DNA of 64,000 bases from contig NC_092673.1 in NCBI RefSeq assembly GCF_964355755.1, positions 33,291,648 to 33,355,647 on the forward strand, in the 5' to 3' direction. The stretch's first letter is position 1; every line of letters begins with the position of its first letter. A model generated the notes under the pieces. The model made no database searches. It saw nothing but the letters and a program-made list of their open reading frames with translations, and had not been told where the DNA came from. The stretch is from Antedon mediterranea. Its lineage: Eukaryota; Animalia; Echinodermata. Below are positions 63,301 to 64,000 of this stretch, piece by piece. The position numbers and the translations under genes are program-made.

Positions 63301-64000
63301 TACTAACCGAATGGGTGGGGACGGTGCCTATCATATTATATTCAACGTCAATAAATATTATAATTAATACGGGTTAGATAACGCAATGTATGACAGATGC
63401 TTTGAGCATCGTCTAAGCGCTGGTCAAACATAGAGAACGGCTGTTAGGCCTAAGTAACTGTATACGGTATTTTTAAAGGGGCGTGATGATGCATACTATC
63501 ACACGGTAGAATAAGCCAATATTGGGACGCGTGCATAAACTGATAAGTCATAAAAAATGAACTGATGGAATTTTCGAACAATTTGGATTTATGATGACAT
63601 TAACATTAATGTTTAATAATAATAATGTATAATGAGAGGTATTTAAGGGTTATTGTACGGGGGAGTGATTTGCATATTTTAGTATTTACATTCTTAAATT
63701 GCATAGTAAAAGAATAATAAAAATAATAATCTTACCTTTGTTAACTGTAGAATATAATCATATATAATATAGAAAGCAAATATATAGAATATCACAAATA
63801 ATAAAAAAATCAATAGATAAGGATATGGCCAGCTTATTACCCAGTTGGCGCACCGTCGTATAAAATTCTCCTCGCTCAATATGAACAAGGCTCTGTTACT
63901 GCACAGGAAATCCCAGATAAATCGAAAAACGGTTCTTTTTTCCTGGGTCTCGGCCGGCGCCCGACCGCCTCCTTCCCCACCATTTGGTTTGTACGCTACC
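1609..64000 (-). CDS. CACNA1A/B/E-like (Cav2): Voltage-gated calcium channel alpha-1 subunit, Cav2 type; multi-exon gene, incomplete at both window edges
   Basis: Spliced exons give four S1-S6 repeats with R/K-x-x S4 segments, an EEEE filter, an AID with QxxER ([14 protein letters not shown]), and Cav2-type motifs IIITFQEQG and RLIKLLRQG; phases are consistent throughout. Confidence 0.97.
1925..2030 (-). CDS. Cav2 exon 34: [35 protein letters not shown]
   Basis: 106 nt, AG/GTAAGT. Confidence 0.95.
2193..2289 (-). CDS. Cav2 exon 33 (EF-hand region): [32 protein letters not shown]
   Basis: 97 nt, AG/GTTAGT. Confidence 0.95.
2407..2534 (-). CDS. Cav2 exon 32: [43 protein letters not shown]
   Basis: 128 nt, AG/GTAAGC. 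Confidence 0.95.
2590..2962. repeat. 30-bp minisatellite (~12 copies), partly alternating as a 60-bp higher-order unit
   Basis: TAGCAGTAGAATCTTGTCTAAACTGGTTTA alternating with TRGTGGTAGGATCTTGTCTACACCGGTTTA. Confidence 0.9.
3106..3247 (-). CDS. Cav2 exon 31 (domain IV pore TGESW, IVS6): [47 protein letters not shown]
   Basis: 142 nt, AG/GTAAGT. Confidence 0.95.
4621..5166. mobile_element. Non-autonomous DNA transposon with TTAA TSD (Kolobok-like)
   Basis: TTAA|AGATGTATTGTCCCTT ... AAGGGACAATACATCT|TTAA; related copy at 38320-38645. Confidence 0.8.
6205..6296 (-). CDS. Cav2 exon 30b (domain IV turret, alternative): [31 protein letters not shown]
   Basis: 92 nt, phase 0->2, long polypyrimidine tract then catcAG / CAG|GTAGAC. 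Confidence 0.88.
6642..6736 (-). CDS. Cav2 exon 30a (domain IV turret, alternative): [32 protein letters not shown]
   Basis: 95 nt, phase 0->2, tctAG / CAG|GTAATG. Confidence 0.88.
7845..7910 (-). CDS. Cav2 exon 29 (IVS5): [22 protein letters not shown]
   Basis: 66 nt, AG/GTGAGT. Confidence 0.95.
8410..8526 (-). CDS. Cav2 exon 28 (IVS4): [39 protein letters not shown]
   Basis: 117 nt, S4 motif. Confidence 0.95.
11865..11867 (-). CDS. Candidate 3-nt microexon (AAA, Lys) in the IVS3-S4 linker
   Basis: ctgctaac...tattgcctttgtgtttttctttcacctacatAG|AAA|GTAAGT; ~130-nt AG-free upstream zone; phase-0 intron. Confidence 0.62.
13026..13109 (-). CDS. Cav2 exon 27 (IVS3): [28 protein letters not shown]
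   Basis: 84 nt, AG/GTAAGT. Confidence 0.95.
13187..13348. mobile_element. MITE with TIR CTCTGTCTACACTA; relatives at ~18240-18356, ~48894-49052 and ~16180-16230
   Basis: Terminal inverted repeats plus a shared internal ATATGGTAGTGATAT motif. Confidence 0.8.
13591..13701 (-). CDS. Cav2 exon 26 (IVS2): [37 protein letters not shown]
   Basis: 111 nt, AG/GTAAGT. Confidence 0.95.
14631..14795 (-). CDS. Cav2 exon 25 (III-IV linker, IVS1): [55 protein letters not shown]
   Basis: 165 nt, AG/GTAAGT. Confidence 0.95.
14833..15085 (+). mobile_element. tRNA-derived SINE; inverted copy at ~21900-22062, fragment at ~15230-15325
   Basis: tRNA-like head (GGTGGTTATGATGCTTG...GGGTTCAAGTCC B-box), shared body, AATA-rich tail. 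Confidence 0.8.
15485..15686 (-). CDS. Cav2 exon 24 (IIIS6): ILKYSMDAT...[32 protein letters not shown]
   Basis: 202 nt, AG/GTGAGA. Confidence 0.95.
16241..16381 (-). CDS. Cav2 exon 23 (domain III turret and pore, TGEGWP)
   Basis: 141 nt; GNFFRYEG...[28 protein letters not shown]. Confidence 0.95.
16533..16738. mobile_element. MITE with TIR GCCAATTTACACAG
   Basis: AAGGCCAATTTACACAG ... CTGTGTAAATTGGCTT. Confidence 0.7.
17108..17268 (-). CDS. Cav2 exon 22 (IIIS5): [53 protein letters not shown]
   Basis: 161 nt, AG/GTAAGT. Confidence 0.95.
17357..17640 (+). mobile_element. SINE with Deu/Nin-like central domain; degraded relative at ~56625-56880
   Basis: TAAACC..GGTCC...TTAAAGAACCCAGTACATCTTTCGAGGTGAGTAGGAGGTTACCCCGGTGT resembles the Deu-domain core as recalled; A-rich tail. 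Confidence 0.55.
17718..17820 (-). CDS. Cav2 exon 21 (IIIS4): [34 protein letters not shown]
   Basis: 103 nt, S4 motif. Confidence 0.95.
18373..18545 (-). CDS. Cav2 exon 20 (IIIS2-S3): [57 protein letters not shown]
   Basis: 173 nt, AG/GTAAGT. Confidence 0.95.
18880..19162. mobile_element. MITE remnant containing a 69-bp unit repeated three times; relative at ~8116-8240
   Basis: Units start at 18891, 18960 and 19029; end GTTACGCCACT is the reverse complement of AGTGGCGTAAC at 8117; both share GAGCGCT(T/A)ACTGGCTAAAC. Confidence 0.7.
19195..19324 (-). CDS. Cav2 exon 19 (IIIS1): [43 protein letters not shown]; GC donor
   Basis: 130 nt; AAA|GCAAGT is the phase-0 donor matching the next exon. 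Confidence 0.9.
19505..19592 (-). CDS. Cav2 exon 18 (end of II-III loop): [30 protein letters not shown]
   Basis: 88 nt, PxSSxFIFSxTNP motif, GTAAGT. Confidence 0.93.
20515..20700 (-). CDS. Candidate cassette exon in II-III loop, Cys-rich: [62 protein letters not shown]
   Basis: 186 nt open, phase 1->1 (symmetric), coding-like composition; weak sites (aaaAG, AAG|GTTTTC). Confidence 0.6.
21900..22062 (-). mobile_element. tRNA-derived SINE, same family as 14833-15085
   Basis: Near-identical reverse complement of the head and body. Confidence 0.8.
23445..23488 (-). CDS. Cav2 exon 17 (II-III loop): [15 protein letters not shown]
   Basis: 44 nt, phase 2->1, needed to restore frame; ttttacAG / GTAGGC. 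Confidence 0.82.
23884..24076 (-). CDS. Cav2 exon 16 (IIS6 end, start of II-III loop): [26 protein letters not shown]...PDTGQLA
   Basis: 193 nt, phase 1->2, GTAAGT donor. Confidence 0.93.
24077..24465 (-). other. U12-type GT-AG intron (389 nt)
   Basis: 5' GTATCCTTT; branch-like TTTTCCTTAGC shortly before cAG; no long polypyrimidine tract; joining gives [15 protein letters not shown]. Confidence 0.85.
24150..24404. repeat. 21-bp minisatellite (~12 copies) filling the U12 GT-AG intron
   Basis: CTGGGAATTGAATGCT(G/A)GA(G/C)C units. Confidence 0.9.
24466..24583 (-). CDS. Cav2 exon 15 (domain II pore TGEDW, IIS6): [39 protein letters not shown]
   Basis: 118 nt; ends AAC T|GTATCCTTT (U12 GT donor). 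Confidence 0.95.
24918..24999 (-). CDS. Cav2 exon 14 (domain II turret): [27 protein letters not shown]
   Basis: 82 nt, AG/GTAAGA. Confidence 0.95.
25694..25915. repeat. ~110-bp direct tandem duplication
   Basis: ATTATGGGAAAAT...ATTCGCTAAGGTAATATTC...TATTGTGC occurs twice. Confidence 0.85.
26560..26691 (-). CDS. Cav2 exon 13 (IIS5): [43 protein letters not shown]
   Basis: 132 nt, AG/GTAATT. Confidence 0.95.
27027..27144. mobile_element. Palindromic MITE, TIR AAGCTTGGTTCCCACTA
   Basis: AAGCTTGGTTCCCACTA ... TAGTGGGAACCAAGCTT; same family as the 60.2-60.9 kb cluster. Confidence 0.8.
27748..27857 (-). CDS. Cav2 exon 12 (IIS3-S4): [36 protein letters not shown]; GC donor
   Basis: 110 nt; AG|GCGAGT is the only nearby donor in phase 2. 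Confidence 0.92.
28133..28245 (-). CDS. Cav2 exon 11 (IIS2-S3): [37 protein letters not shown]
   Basis: 113 nt, AG/GTATGT. Confidence 0.95.
28649..28870 (-). CDS. Cav2 exon 10 (end of I-II linker, IIS1): EPLTNSK...[43 protein letters not shown]
   Basis: 222 nt, phase 1->1. Confidence 0.92.
30260..30765. repeat. Degenerate short-period repeat (AGAATAAGCGG-like) with a local 60-bp period
   Basis: Repeated GAATAAGCGGT / GAATAAACGGCG; gives low-complexity ORFs. Confidence 0.8.
31655..32200. repeat. 21-bp minisatellite with an internal hairpin (TTACAG TATTTT CTGTAA)
   Basis: GTTACAGTATTTTCTGTAA(C/T)(A/G) repeated ~20 times; explains ORF 31650-32159. Confidence 0.92.
33440..33657. mobile_element. 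MITE with TIR CCAGTGGCGGATCCAA
   Basis: CCAGTGGCGGATCCAA ... TTGGATCAGCCACTGG. Confidence 0.7.
35782..35895 (-). CDS. Cav2 exon 9 (I-II linker): [38 protein letters not shown]
   Basis: 114 nt, phase 1->1, tatAG / GTAGGC; ARRRAA continues the post-AID helix. Confidence 0.82.
36707..36879 (-). CDS. Cav2 exon 8 (I-II linker, AID): [57 protein letters not shown]
   Basis: 173 nt; beta-subunit AID with G-beta-gamma QxxER motif. Confidence 0.95.
37245..37348 (-). CDS. Cav2 exon 7 (IS6): [35 protein letters not shown]
   Basis: 104 nt, AG/GTAAGT. Confidence 0.95.
37811..38007 (-). CDS. Cav2 exon 6 (domain I turret and pore, TMEGW)
   Basis: 197 nt; ...[26 protein letters not shown]. Confidence 0.95.
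38320..38645. mobile_element. Second TTAA-flanked Kolobok-like non-autonomous element
   Basis: TTAA|AGATGTATTTTCCC ... GGGTACAATACATCT|TTAA; internal similarity to 4621-5166. Confidence 0.75.
38752..38928 (-). CDS. Cav2 exon 5 (IS5): [59 protein letters not shown]
   Basis: 177 nt, AG/GTAAGT. Confidence 0.95.
40210..40690. repeat. ~50-bp degenerate tandem repeat (GAT/TAT rich)
   Basis: GATGTTGGTATTATACGTTATTAATGATATCATTGGTGATAATGATGTCATT units. Confidence 0.85.
40925..41052 (-). CDS. Cav2 exon 4b (IS3-S4 linker + IS4, alternative): [42 protein letters not shown]
   Basis: 128 nt, ccctttcAG / GTAAGT, phase 2->1, S4 motif. Confidence 0.92.
42340..42431 (-). CDS. Cav2 exon 4a (IS3-S4 linker + IS4, alternative): [30 protein letters not shown]
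   Basis: 92 nt, tttcttcAG / GTAAGT, phase 2->1, S4 motif. Confidence 0.88.
44692..44831 (-). CDS. Cav2 exon 3 (IS2-IS3): [47 protein letters not shown]
   Basis: 140 nt, [19 protein letters not shown] motif. Confidence 0.95.
46787..46892 (-). CDS. Cav2 exon 2 (IS1): [35 protein letters not shown]
   Basis: 106 nt, AC acceptor, GTAAGT donor. Confidence 0.95.
47890..48090. repeat. (GAT)n / GATGATCAC microsatellite
   Basis: Produces the Met/Ile- and His/Asp-rich ORFs. Confidence 0.9.
48894..49052. mobile_element. MITE, same family as 13187-13348 (opposite orientation)
   Basis: AAGCTCTATCTACA...TATAGACAAAACTT; ATATCACTACCATAT repeats. Confidence 0.7.
50877..50972. repeat. 33-bp tandem repeat, 3 copies
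   Basis: CTCACAAGTGAATTATCGGTGGTTTAGGGGTGC. Confidence 0.85.
51876..52395 (-). mobile_element. 5'-truncated LINE (CR1/L2-clade-like) 3' end: C-terminus of RT ORF, 3' UTR hairpin and tail
   Basis: ORF 52045-52389 LNVYDIYK...THNLR...GPKLWKE...KKQVKKYFL is typical of the ORF2 C-terminus; stem-loop at ~51952-51998; AATAAATGAAATGAAAAAA tail. Confidence 0.75.
55130..55655. repeat. Degenerate TTAATCGTGATGAAAG tandem repeat
   Basis: Repeated AAAGTTAATCGTGATG and GATTATGTAAAT. Confidence 0.85.
60199..60857. mobile_element. Cluster of three palindromic MITE copies (60199-60384, 60386-60497, 60677-60857)
   Basis: AAGCTTGGTTCCCACTAGAACGTAACGCAAGG ... GCGTCGCTAGTGGGAACCA; first and third copies nearly identical. 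Confidence 0.85.
62191..62372. repeat. Perfect 22-bp tandem repeat, 8 copies
   Basis: ACTAGGCCGTTGTGGTCATCCC x8, no spacers. Confidence 0.95.
63827..64000 (-). CDS. Cav2 exon 1 in window (N-terminal tail, truncated at window edge): ...[58 protein letters not shown]
   Basis: Cav N-terminal NRxLFxxSExN...W-P motif; ends TGG CC|ATATCCTT (U12 AT donor). Confidence 0.9.

Larger units (their letters stand above)
46893..63826 (-). other. U12-type (minor spliceosome) AT-AC intron, 16,934 nt
   Basis: 5' ATATCCTTAT; 3' TTCCTTAACgaaatgtttAC; joining gives W-P-P-F-D-Y in frame. Confidence 0.92.

Noticed and set aside
1609-64000. Assignment as Cav1, Cav3, Nav or NALCN
   Set aside because: The EEEE filter and AID exclude Cav3, Nav and NALCN; QxxER in the [14 protein letters not shown] and RLIKLLRQG fit Cav2 rather than Cav1

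Overview
AT-rich animal (invertebrate-like) genomic DNA. The whole window lies inside one multi-exon gene on the minus strand, encoding a high-voltage-activated Cav2-type calcium channel alpha-1 subunit (CACNA1A/B/E, cacophony/unc-2 family). I reconstructed by hand 33 single-copy exons and two duplicated exon pairs with consistent reading-frame phases. They run from the N-terminal tail (cut by the right edge) through all four repeats to the pre-IQ region (last confident exon 1609-1713). The EEEE filter is TMEGW/TGEDW/TGEGW/TGESW and the AID is [14 protein letters not shown]. The IQ motif and C-terminus were not found and presumably lie left of the window. The most interesting content is the splicing architecture: (1) two pairs of duplicated exons that the frame forces to be mutually exclusive (domain I S3-S4/S4 and domain IV S5-P turret); (2) a candidate 3-nt microexon in the IVS3-S4 linker; (3) a candidate Cys-rich cassette exon in the II-III loop; (4) two U12-type introns, one a 16.9-kb AT-AC intron; (5) two GC-AG introns; (6) a 346-nt AG-exclusion zone containing a distant TACTAAC. 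Introns carry MITEs, SINEs, a LINE remnant and minisatellites, plus an apparent CpG-decay boundary near 44-46 kb. Most short ORFs in the track are exon fragments or repeat artefacts. All coordinates were read by eye and no database search was run.
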